A DNA stretch of 64,000 bases, taken from NCBI GenBank assembly GCA_030390025.1, contig JASTWF010000138.1:372001-436000 (forward strand), written 5' to 3'. The DNA is from Squalus acanthias (Eukaryota). Below the pieces are notes generated by a model. It did no database searches. It had not been told where the DNA came from and saw nothing but the letters and a program-made list of their open reading frames with translations. This document shows, one piece after another, positions 12,802 to 23,366 of the stretch. The number at the start of each line of letters is the position of its first letter. Position 1 is the first letter of the stretch. A program made the translations under genes and the position numbers.

Positions 12802-12964
12802 AGCGGGGCCTTTGTGCCCTGGACATCATCCCTATTCGGGGCTGTGCAGACTGGCAGTGAGAGGAAGCAGTGCTCGGCTCACGGTGTGGTGTGAGGGTCA
12901 CAGGGAGAAGATATTACAGCGACCCAGAAACATTTTGACTGCAAATCGCCTTCAAACCTCCACA

Positions 12965-13170
12965 ATATTTATCCCTCAACCAACATAACAAAAACAGATG
13001 ATCTGGTCATTATCACATTGCTGTTTGTGGGAGTTTGCTGTGTACAAATTGGCTGCTGCGTTTCCCATTACAATAGTGACTTCACTTCAAAAGTACTTCA
13101 TTGGCTGTAAAGCGCTTTCAGACGTCCGGTGGTCGTGAAAGGCGCTATAGAAAAGCAAGTCTTTCTTTTT
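12965..13170 (+). mobile_element. DeuSINE (SacSINE1/AmnSINE-like) 3' half with L2-type tail
   Basis: ttgctgtttgtgggag...aaattggctgc...cacttcaaaagtacttcattggctgtaaagcgcttt...gtgaaaggcgctatagaaaagcaagtctttc. Related pieces are at ~4180-4240 (+) and ~52270-52390 (-). Confidence 0.75.
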
Positions 13171-13800
13171 TTCAAACCAACAGATGTCGGTGACCCGTAG
13201 AAAGGATCGGGTTCGATTTCCTTTCCTGTTAGAGATACAAACATGGAATTAAGATGTCTTGTGAGTTATTTCTAGCGAAATGGTAAAAATATGTTCATGC
13301 AGCGAAACGGTTCGTTCTATATTAATTTATTTATATTAACTTTTAGCTTTTGTCTGTTAAGCGAGTTTCTGTGAGCCATGCGCAGTTCGCTAGTTTAAAT
13401 TAAAAGGAATTCCAGGCAAAGACAACCTTAGGAAGCTCAGCAGAGACAAAATCAGACTTTCTTTGTTAGGCGGCTGCATCGAGCACCATCGATTTCACTT
13501 CTACTTTAAGTGAAGAAAAAGAGCAGGAAATTCAGGTCGAGAAGGCCACCCACTGAGAGCGGAGCCCGGGAATGTCCTTACATCCCAAATAATGGAAGGA
13601 AAATCTGTGGAGGGTGGCTCATTATAGGCGTGTAATTCACCCGCCCCCGGCAGATTTTCCTCTCTGTTCGCCAGCCAGGCGATGCCTTCTGTCCAGGCGG
13701 TAATTGCTAAAATGTAACATGAATTCCAGCGCTTCTGGGAACTACAGAACAAAGCAGCTCTTCCACCTTTTAAATATTTACTTCCGGAAAGAAAAATAAT

Positions 13801-14563
13801 GGCCCAGAAATTAGACTTCGATGGTTGCCGCGGGGGTAAGGATCGTGCGCGATCTTACCTACCGCGCCTGCCTTTATGGTTTTGGCCCACACGAACTTCT
13901 GCTCCTGGGCCTCTCCCTGGTGCCGACGCGCAGTGTGTGCGTGTCCCAGAGGCGCAGTTAGTTCGATGCGACCTCTGGATCACGTGGGCCAGTTAGAGCC
14001 AATGGCTGCACACCATCTTTCATTCATAGTTTTGACAGGAAGAGATGTCAAAACTATGAATACAAATTGCCCCCAAAAGAACAGCTAAACCTCAATTAAA
14101 TTGTTTTTAAAAACCATCACATTAATAAAATAACTATAGTTAAATAAATTAACCACTTCAAACAAAAATTTAAATTTTTGAAAAAATTTAAATTCTTTTT
14201 AAAAGTTATAAAAATAAACTTACCTTTCTTTAAAGTCTCTAAAAAAGATAAACCTGTTGAAAAAATTTAAAATAATACTTAATTAACTACTTACCTTGTT
14301 AAAAGGGGGTCTTACGCCTCCTTTTTTCATGTGTAAAATCTTCAATACTAAACCTCGCGTTCAAACCTGAAAAAAACCTAAGTGTGCTGCGTGCGCACGG
14401 CCTGTAGTGCGCTCGCGGTTCACTTAGGAACCGCCCCCTTCGCAATATCGGAAGTGCCGGTTTCCCGCGCATGCGCAGTGCATGCAGGGAACCGGCACTT
14501 CGGGACCGAATATGGGTGAGTACACAGTGCGTACTCTCCCGTATTCGGCCGAATTTCTGGGCC
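13801..14563. mobile_element. Non-autonomous TIR DNA transposon (MITE), family A copy 1
   Basis: Termini GGCCCAGAAATT...AATTTCTGGGCC, flanks AAT/ATT, AT-rich core. Homologous to 24298-25060 and 58608-59369, both in the opposite orientation. Confidence 0.85.
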
Positions 14564-14674
14564 ATTAGGCTCCTATATCAATTCAAAGACATTATTTAGA
14601 AGTTTAAACTGAAAGATAAGCAAATTTCATAGATCAAAGAAGATTCGGTCCATTGAATCTCATTGATCCTTTAC

Positions 14675-14794
14675 TCCTCCTCCCCCAGTATAGAAGCCAG
14701 CTCCAGAGGAAGCTCTATAATGCTCTGTCTCTGCCTCCTCCTCCTCCAGTATAGAAGCCAGTTCAAGAGGAAGCTCGATAATGCTCTGTCTCTG
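14675..14794. repeat. Tandem duplication, ~60 bp x2
   Basis: tcctcc.ccagtatagaagccag.t..agaggaagctc.ataatgctctgtctctg occurs twice. Confidence 0.8.
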
Positions 14795-15014
14795 TCACCT
14801 CGCCCCACTGATTATGTCACAAATATCGACGTTTGAGGATGGTTACCTCCAATTGTTGTTTAAACTAATTGCCCGGATGCAAATCCATCCTGAGCTGGCG
14901 CATGGGCCTACAGATTCGTCCCTAGTCCAGCAGAATCTCACACCCACACCCCTCACTCTCATCAACACACAAATGAGGGAAAATAAACCTAAGTAATTCA
15001 CTTGTTTCTAAAAA

Positions 15015-16452
15015 TCATAGAATGATACAGCACAGAAGGAGGCCATTCAGTCCATCGTGCCTGTGCTGGCTCTTTGGTAGAGGTATCCAATTAGTCCCAC
15101 TCCCCTGCTCTTTCCCATAGCCCTGTAATTTGTTTCCCTTCAAGTATGTATCCAATTCTCTTTTGAATGTTACTATTGAACCTGCATCCACCACACTTTC
15201 ATGCAGTGCATTCAGATCACAACAACTCGTTGTGTGAAAAAAGTTTCCTTATGTCACCTCCGGTTCTTTTGCCAATCACCTTAAATCTGTGTCCAGTGGT
15301 GACCAACCCTTCTGCCACTGGAAACAGTTTCTCCTTTCTCCTTATTTACTATATCAAAACCATTCATGATTTTGAACACCTCTATCAAATCTCCCTTTAC
15401 CCTTCTCTGCTCTAAGGAGAACATCCCCAGCTTCTCTAATCTCTTCACATAACTGAAGTCCGTTGTCCCTGGAACAATTCTAGTAAATCTTTTCTGCACC
15501 CTCTCCAAGGCCTTGACATCCTTCCTAAAATGTGGTGCCCAGATTTGAACACAAAACTCCAGCTGAGGCCTAACCGGTGTTTTATAAAGTTTAGCATGAC
15601 TTCCTTTGATTTTAAACTCTATTCATAAGAAATAAGAAATAAGAAATAGGCGCAGGATTAGGTCATACCGCCCCTGAGCCTGCTCCACCATTCAGTAAGA
15701 TCATGGCTGTACTTCTCCAACAACTCCCGTTTCCCGCCGTATCCCTTGATTCCGTTCGTGCCCAAAAATCTATCCATTTCTGTCTTGAATATACTCAACG
15801 ACCGAGCATCCACAGCCCTCTGAGAAAGAGAATTCCAAAGATTCACAACCGTCTGAGTGAAGACATTTCTCGTCATCTCGGTCCTAAATGGACGAGCACT
15901 TATCCTGTATTATCCTTTATTAATTAATCCAAGGAGTCCATAAGCTTTATGAACAGCCTTCTCAACTTATCCTGCCACCTTCAAAGATGTTTGTGCATAC
16001 ACCCCCAGGTCTGTTTGTTCTTGCACCCCCTTTTTAAAATTGCACCATTTAGTTCATATTGCCTCTCCTCATTCTTCCTACCAAAATGTATCACTTCACA
16101 ATTCTCTGAGTTACAGTTCATCTGCCATGTGTCTGCCATATCATCAGTATGTCTATGGTCTTCTGAGGTCTGTTACTGGCTACCTCATTGTTTACTACAT
16201 TTCCGAGTTTCCTATCATCTGCAGACTTTGAAATTATGCCCTGTATATCTTTTAAATTATGTCCTATACGTGATCCAGGAAATTGTCATTCTTCCGTATG
16301 CCCTGCAATGATTCCAGCCGCCCTTCAAGCTCAAAAATCCTGAGCTCGACTTCGTGCAACTGGAGGCACTTCCTGCACACGCGGTGATCCAGGTCACATG
16401 GAGTGTCCTGGAGTTCCCACATGGCATAGGAATTGCAGGCAACGGGTGTCAT
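15015..16452 (-). mobile_element. Cluster of CR1 fragments: RT 3' region with a nested second CR1 3' end at ~15625-15900, plus an ORF1 zinc-finger-like piece at ~16260-16450
   Basis: ERVQKRFTRIVPG, RNVFTQTVVNLWN, and CNSYAMWE...VCRKCLQL...ELEGRLESL. Confidence 0.8.
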
Positions 16453-16569
16453 TCTCTATGTAGAACACCACGAAGACCAGCTAGTCAAATATTAAATGTT
16501 TGACGTTTTCCTGCAAATGCTGTGTCAACATTTCTACTATAAATTCTTATGTTATATTCATAATGGAGA

Positions 16570-19390
16570 CTTATCTCACAAGTGTGAGGAGCTCATGAAC
16601 TTCTTTGTCTCTAAGATTGAAACCATCCGATCAGCTGCCTCTGCCACTTCCCTTCCTTCCCCTAGCCCACAGGGCCAAACTTCCTCTAAGGTTCCCCCCT
16701 GCCCTAGCCATGAACTTGCATCTTTCTCCAGTTTCTCTCCGATCTCCCCTCATGACCTGTTCAGGCTCATCTTGACCATGAGACCCTCTTCCTGCTCCCT
16801 CGACCCTATTCTCACCAAACTGCTGAACACCCAACTTCCTTTTCTGGCTCCCATGTCAGCTGACATTGTTAACGATTCTCTCTGGTTAGGTGCTGTGTAG
16901 GGGGTGGTGGTTTGTGTCAGCTTCACCTCTGACTTCTGAGCGGTTCGAATCGCTCCCAGTCCCTTGGTTCTAGACCTTGGACTTATTTGGGGGTTGTGAC
17001 AAAAAGTGCAGCAGACAACTGGTTTTGATGCAAGAACGTTGATCTTTATTCAAGAAAGTAAAATACAACACAACAATATTAACACTCTAATAAAATGGGG
17101 AACACTTCGGTACAAACGAGGGAAATAACATTCGGAGAATATTTCACCCCTCCCAATCCCACTTCACTAGCTAGGTTGGACCCTAGAGAACCAGGGATAA
17201 TGCTCACCAAACGAATCTTTGACAGTTGAGATAGGGTTTAGAGTCTTTTTAAGTAAAAAGTTTCGTAAGGCCCTTGTTGCCGCGAGGTGTCCGATGGTCA
17301 CTGAGGCGGTCGCTCTGGTCTCTTCTTGCATGTCGGCCTACTTGTGGAGCTGTTGGCCTTCTTTGTTGAACTTCTTTCTGTTGCCCCCTCGCCTTGTTGA
17401 ACTGTCTTCTTCAGAGCTGTGGAACTGCCTTTTTGCAGAACTGTGGAAGTGCCTTCTGCCGGACTGCTTGCTGAACTCCCTGCTGCTTGCTGTAACTTGT
17501 TTCTGTTCAACTGTGCAACTGTACTCGAGAACTCCTTTCTGTTGTTACTGTGTAACTGCTCCACCCTTGAACTCGAACTTGAGAACTTGTTGTAACTGCT
17601 GAACTGACTTCTTGAGAAAACAGGGCCTTCAATTATACCCATTGAAGCTTCATTATCTGCATGCCAAATCAAATCTTGGTCATTGTAAGATTTTGGAGGG
17701 CTCGTAAACAGTAACTGGTTTGTTAACGTGTGAAGTAGTTTCAGGAAGGCTCCATCCTGTCGATCTGTTGTTTAAGTGTAGTTGATTGTCCTTATGCATG
17801 TCTTTAATGGGCTCTGTAAATTGGGGTGGAGACTGGTTTTCCTCGGGTTTATTGTTAGGATGCTAATGTCTGATAGGGGCCGATTTAAACTCCAAGCGAG
17901 ATCATGCGGATCCGAGACAGTTCCCATTAGCTCCAATACCCAAACTGTTTTTACAGAGGTTGAGCCCACCTTCCTTCACAGCCTTTTCTCCCTTACAAGT
18001 CCAGACATGTCTTTTAAAATCCCAAATCTTGGTTTTTGCTCGAACAGTCCTTCGGTTAGGCCCAATGCACTTCACCACCCTGTAATAGCTAGGAAAGAGT
18101 CCAAAGTCTTTTTTCCTTAGGGGTTTTCTTAGAGTTTAGGGGGATCTGTGAATTTTGAGAATCTTACAGCTGTCCCCTCTCCTTCAAATCTGCCGTCATC
18201 ACTCCTCTCCTTAAAAAAACAACCCTTGACCCCTCTGTCCTCGCAAGCTACCACCCCATCTCCAAACTCCCTTTCCTCTTCAAAGTTCTTGAAAGTGTTG
18301 TCGCTTCCCAAATCCGTGCCCATTTTCCCCGCAGCTCCATGTTTGAATCCCTCCAATCAAGTTTCCGCCCCTGCCACTGTACGAAAACAGCTCTCATCAA
18401 AGTCACAAATTACATCGTTTGTGATAAAGGTAAACTATCTCTTCTCGTCATTCTCGACTTGTCGGCAGCCTTTGACACGGTTGACCACTCCATCCTTCTC
18501 CAACGCCTCTCCACCGTTGTCCAGCTGGGTGGGACTGCACTCGCCTGGTTCCATTCTTATCTATCTAATCGTAACCAGAGAATCACCTGCAACGGCTTCT
18601 CTTCCCGCTCCCGCATCGTTACCTCTGGTGTCCCCCAAGGATCTATCCTTGGCACATTCCTATTTCTTATCTACATGTTGCCCCTCGGCGATATCATCCG
18701 AAAACACAGCGTCAGTTTCCACATGTACGCTGATGAGACCCAGTTCTACCTCACCACCACTTCTCTCGACCCCTTCACATTCAATAAATTGTCAGACTGC
18801 TTGTCTGACATCCAGCACTGGATGAGCAGAAATGTTCTCCAAATAAATATTAGAAGGCCGAAGCCATTGCTTTTGGTCCTTGCTACAAAATCTGTTCCCT
18901 AGCCATCGCCTCTATTCCTCTCCCTGGCCACTGTCTGAGGCTGAACAACACTGTTCACAGCCTTGGTTTCGTATTTGACCCTGAAATGAGCTTCCGACCA
19001 CATATCCACACCATAACTAAGACCGTCTATGTCCACCTCTGTAGCATCGCCCGTCTCCGCCCCTGCCTCAGCTCATCAGCTGATGAAACCATCATCCATG
19101 TCATTGTTACTTCGAGACATGACTATTCCAACGCACTCCTGGCCGGCCTCCCACACTCTACCCTACGGAAACTTGAGGTCATCCAAAACTCGATCGCCCG
19201 TGTCCTAACTCGCACCAAGTCCCGTTCACCCATTACCCCTGTGCTCGCTGACTTACATTGGCTCCCGGTTAAGCAACAACTCGATATTAAAATTCTCATC
19301 CCTATCTCTGTAATCGTCCCCAGCCCCACAACCCCCACCCACCCCCCGCGAGATATCTGCGCTCCTCTAATTCTGCCCTCTTGAGCTTGA
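16570..19390 (+). mobile_element. L2-clade LINE RT remnant split by a solo LTR
   Basis: SSCSLDPILTKLL / FKSAVITPLLKK / LDLSAAFDTVDHSILL / GVPQGSILG / HMYADETQ / SPITPVLADLHWLPV. Confidence 0.88.
16896..18168 (-). mobile_element. Solo LTR (1273 bp) with 4-bp TSD
   Basis: Termini TGTA...TACA with GCTG duplicated at 16892-16895 and 18169-18172. The host L2 reads continuously across it. An AATAAA on the - strand near 17045 suggests the orientation. Confidence 0.85.
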
Positions 19391-20085
19391 GCCTCACTAG
19401 TAACAGATTGGGTACAGCGGCCACTTCCTGCAAGTGTCACACCGACTACCGCTAAAAAGATCCCTTTCACTCTCTGTTGATAAAACCCTAGTCACGGTGA
19501 CCAATGCCGCGGAATGGCTGCTTGAAACCTCATTAAATTTAAAACAGCTACAAAGTTCAGGAGAACTGCACGCTTGATTTGCTAAATACACTAAAAAATA
19601 TTGTTCATGTTTCGAATCAGTGATGTTTTCCAAGATTTTAGATGAAAAAGTGAAATACAAAGAAACCGAACGGCTAGGAATCAAACAACCCTTAGTAATT
19701 GCTGCTGTTATATTAGTAGGATCAATGAGCAACTTGTCGGTTAAACATCCCTTTACGGAAATGTTAGTCCATTATGGTAATCCGGGTAACACTTCCGTTA
19801 CGCGAATGTGTTAAATCTTGGCTGTTAATCCGCCAACAATACCAGCTGGGCAGCATATGACGACGCCGTTTAATTTTGCACCAATCGTGTTCCTTTTCTA
19901 AATGACGAAACTGACCCACGTGACCAGTACATAATGATGTCAAATCAGATCGAGGTTGTGCATGTGTTTTTCTTCCGGCAGGATAAACCAGTGAAGCATT
20001 TGAATGTTATTGTTCCCGTAACACTTCTCAGTAATTCCTGCCACAATACTCTGATCGATTTGTACCGAAGCTGTCTGCGCACAAG

Positions 20086-20143
20086 ATGCAAGAGTTTTTC
20101 AGATGGATGTTAATGCTTCTTATTCCGGTCAGCTTTATGACAT
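20086..20143 (+). CDS. Leader exon of TCR alpha/delta V gene V3
   Basis: MQEFFRWMLMLLIPVSFMT with phase-1 donor T|GTAAGT. A CRE-like ATGATGTCA lies ~150 bp upstream (~19934). Confidence 0.85.
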
Positions 20144-20204
20144 GTAAGTTTTTAAATGTGTGAGCTAACAGCGACAGCTCGTGTCCAGTTACATTACACT
20201 GTGT

Positions 20205-20870
20205 CCCTGGAGATGGGTACAGATATTTATTATCATATTTATTAATGACTTGGATTAAGGAACAGAGAGTTGTATATCCAAATTTGTAGATGACATTAAA
20301 TTAGTAGGGCCAGTAAGTAAGTAGTGCAGATGTAAGGAGGAAGTTGATAGATTAAATGAATGGGCAAAACTGGGGCATATTGAAGTTAATGTGGGCAAAG
20401 GTGAGGACATCCACCCTGGACCTAAGAAAGATAAATCGGAGTATTTTCTAAATGGTGAGAAACTAGGTATTGTCGAGGTGCAAAGTGAATTAGGAGCCCA
20501 AGCACACAAATCATTAAAAGCAACTAGACGTGTACAAAGTGCAATCAAAGGGGCTAATGGAATGTTGGTCTTTATCTCGCGGGGGCTGGAATACAAAGGG
20601 CTGAAAGTTCTGCTTCCATTGTGTAAAGCTCCGGTTAGACCGCATCTGGAGAACTGCGTTCAGATCTGGGCACCGCACCTCAGGAAGGATAGATTGGCCT
20701 TGGAGCGGTTACAGCGCAGATTCACCAGAATGATAACGGGGCATAGAACATTAAATTATGAGGACAGGTTGCATAAACTTGGGTTGTATTCCCTTGTGTA
20801 AAAATATTGAGGATTTTCAAATGTTAAACGTATTCGATACGTTAGAAATGGAGAAAATATCCCCTCTAAT
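20205..20870 (+). mobile_element. CR1 fragment inside the V3 leader intron
   Basis: KFVDDIK, VRPHLENCVQIWAPHLRKD, RRFTRMI. Confidence 0.85.
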
Positions 20871-20954
20871 CGGGAACGGCTATATTCCTGAGATATCTTT
20901 TGGAACTGACTGGTGTTGTCAGCTTTGCTCCATTAATAACATTGTTTTTCACAG

Positions 20955-21225
20955 GTAAAGAGGAAGTTGTACAAACATTTCCGTCACAGACTCCCAGTGA
21001 ATGGAAAACCATATCGATGAACTGTCACACAACCACTCCGTTCACCGCGATATACTGGTACGTGCAGCCTCCAACCCAGAGCCCAAAGCTGTTGATAATG
21101 GCATCGGAAAAGGGTGAACATAAAGGTCGATTTACAGCCGTCAGTCGAAGTTCAGAGAATCGCAGCTCCCTGACTATCGCGGCCTTACTTCTGACAGACA
21201 CCGCGACCTACTTCTGTGTCGTACA
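20955..21225 (+). CDS. TCR alpha-like variable exon V3
   Basis: Acceptor tttttcacAG at 20954. KEEVVQTFPSQ...ISMNCHTTTPFTAIYWYVQPPTQSPKLLIMASEKGEHKGRFTA...SSLTIAALLLTDTATYFCVV is open, with a short CDR2. Confidence 0.92.
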
Positions 21226-21264
21226 CACAGTGTAATAAGGAGCGACAGAGTCCGTACAAAAACC
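21226..21264 (+). other. Consensus RSS (23-bp spacer) of V3
   Basis: CACAGTG, 23 nt, ACAAAAACC (perfect consensus). Confidence 0.96.
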
Positions 21265-21306
21265 GGGGCTGCTTTTCGGATCGTATGTTTAGGAAGAAGA
21301 ACGAAT

Positions 21307-21490
21307 GGGGTAGATTTTCAATTTGCGCGATAGTGTAAACCGGATGATAGAGAATCGGCAGCCCGTTTTACATCTGTGCTGATTAATATTTCCATTGACA
21401 TCAGTGGAACTACACATCGGGGGAGATGTAAACCGGGCTGCCGACTCGCTCTCACCGGATTTACACTATCCCAGAGTGAAAATCTACCAC
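21307..21490. mobile_element. Hairpin MITE (~184 bp) with AAT flanks
   Basis: GGTAGATTTTCA...TGAAAATCTACC with internal inverted arms (gatagtgtaaa/tttacactatc, tcggcagcccg/cgggctgccga). AAT on both sides. Confidence 0.8.
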
Positions 21491-21639
21491 AATGTGCATT
21501 TGTTCAGCTCGTTTCAGGTCTCCAGCGCCCTCCAAAGCGCTTTAAAATTGGTGAATTGCATTTTGAAGAGTAATTACTGTTCTTCGGACGCAAACATGGT
21601 CGGCATTTTGCGCCGAGCAGGATCCCACCAACAACAAAC

Positions 21640-21990
21640 GAGATAAATAAGAGGTTCACTTGTTTTGGGGGTGCAGGTTGAAGGGGGTAAATTCAAATCC
21701 AAGCTGCAGAAACAATATTTCAGTGAATGAGTGGTCAATCTATGGGACAGGCTCCCTCGGGATACGGTGGAAACAATTAGTGTCGATTCATTCAAATGCA
21801 AATTGGACCGATTTCATTCATAGAATAAGATTTTGGGAGACAGTATATGAGTGATTTGAGACATGACGTGTGATAAGTGCAGAATGCTTGGGAGGAAGAG
21901 GTGACTTTGGACCTACAGTTTCCAAAGCTCTCCACCACTGGGGTTTTCCTCGCCTCATGTCTGGGTCTGTTGTAGACTCATTGGCCGCGA
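21640..21990 (+). mobile_element. Degenerate CR1-type 3' fragment
   Basis: gggggtaaattcaaatcc...tttcagtgaatgagtggtcaatctatgg...ttcaaatgcaaattggaccg resembles a CR1 C-terminus (F..RVVNLW). Confidence 0.55.
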
Positions 21991-22900
21991 ATTTAATTGT
22001 GGAGGCGGGATGGGAGCGGGACAGATGGTTTCCGCGTTCCGATCCCGCCCCCAGCTGCCTCCGCTCTGCAGATGTGATTTTACCGGCCAATTAACAGGAA
22101 GCTGGTCTGATGACGTCATTTGATGACGCGACATCTGCCGGTTTCCTTAAAGGGACCATGCACAATTTTATTTTGACAGTTGATCTGTCAGTGTTTGATA
22201 GCATTGAGGTGCTGCAAACACTGACAATCACTGCACAAAGGTGAACACTTGCACCCAGGCTCTCCAATGACTCCCTCCATATGCTTATGGAGGGAGTCAC
22301 AGCAGGCAGGGAGGTTCTCTTCCCTTCTAAGGGCGGAAGAGTCCTCCCCAGGATACCAACTTACCTGGAATCTCCACCCAACCCTCTATATCTATATGAC
22401 TTCCCCATCTCACTAGCCACCCTCACACTCACCCTCATCCTACTGCAAGCATACCAACTAACAATACACAAGGGTAGGCACTTGAGAGGTTTAACCAATG
22501 TCCATGTGAAGTTTCTGGTAATGTGTTGTCATACAGTGTAATATCCTTTACCAAAAATGCCCCTTATTGGACAGATCTGTACGCACATTGAGAAGTGTTT
22601 TACTCCCCCTCCCCCCGCCCCGCTATAGTGAAGAGTGTGCATGGAATGGCTTGGACATTAAAGGGATGCTTCACGTGCTGGTGAGGGATGGTGTCAACCT
22701 GGCGCATCATGTGGCAGCCAGGGTTCACAGCATCAAGTGAAGAAAATCTAGCATTGGTGGTGCCATCCTGGCCACCCGGCCAGCAATTTTGTCAGGGGCT
22801 GATGCCCTGTGTCCAGTGCTGCTTCAGGTGGGTGAGGATGAGGTTGGCGCTCCTGGTGCTGGTGTTGCTCTTGTGGCTGGTTGTGGTGCTGCCGCGGCTG
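21985..22900. mobile_element. Harbinger/PIF-like DNA transposon relic
   Basis: Shares tgacgtcatttgatgacgcg...gccggtttccttaaa..gaccatg and downstream blocks with the element at 35138-36800. Confidence 0.65.
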
Positions 22901-23051
22901 TACTCGGATTGTTGTGCTTGATATAATGTACTCGATTGTAGCGCTTGCTTTAATGTATTCGGATTGTAGCGCTCTCTTGCTATTCGTCTAACAGTATTAT
23001 TGGATATTGAAGTCTCTTTAAATAGACTCGCTGGACTTGTTTCCCTTTCAG

Positions 23052-23300
23052 GTGACTTCAGTCAGAGAATAATAGAGACCAATTTTAGTGAGTAGGAGGA
23101 TCGTCAGTCTGTCACCAGCACCTGGAATTTCCACGGTGACTAGAAATTGGGTAAACTATCGGTATCCAGAAGGAAATCACAGTCGGAAAACATTCCTCTT
23201 GGAGGACGATTTGTTGAAAGGAAGTGGTTTACTTTGGGAATGAAGGATCTGGGGATTGAATAAAGCGCCACCTACCGCTGCAAAGCTTAGTGTTGGTTAG
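23052..23300 (+). pseudogene. Decayed NAR/VNAR-like (NAR-TCR V-like) variable exon
   Basis: Acceptor tttccctttcAG at 23051 and donor G|GTAAGT at 23301 define a 249-nt phase 1-1 exon. One frame reads GDFSQRIIET...QSVTSTWNFHGD*KLG...SENIPLGGRFVERKWFTLGMKDLGIE*SATYRCKA*. It has VNAR-type GGRFVE and YRCKA, no CDR2, and several stops. Confidence 0.7.
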
Positions 23301-23366
23301 GTAAGTCCCAAAGAACATACAGTGGATTCTGCCATCCAAAGTATATCGACACAACTCCGATATATC

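Noticed and set aside
23318-23357. TACAGTG...ACACAACTC as an RSS for the NAR-like exon
   Set aside because: It lacks the invariant CAC, has a 24-nt spacer, lies beyond the splice donor, and overlaps the first unit of a 38-bp tandem repeat.
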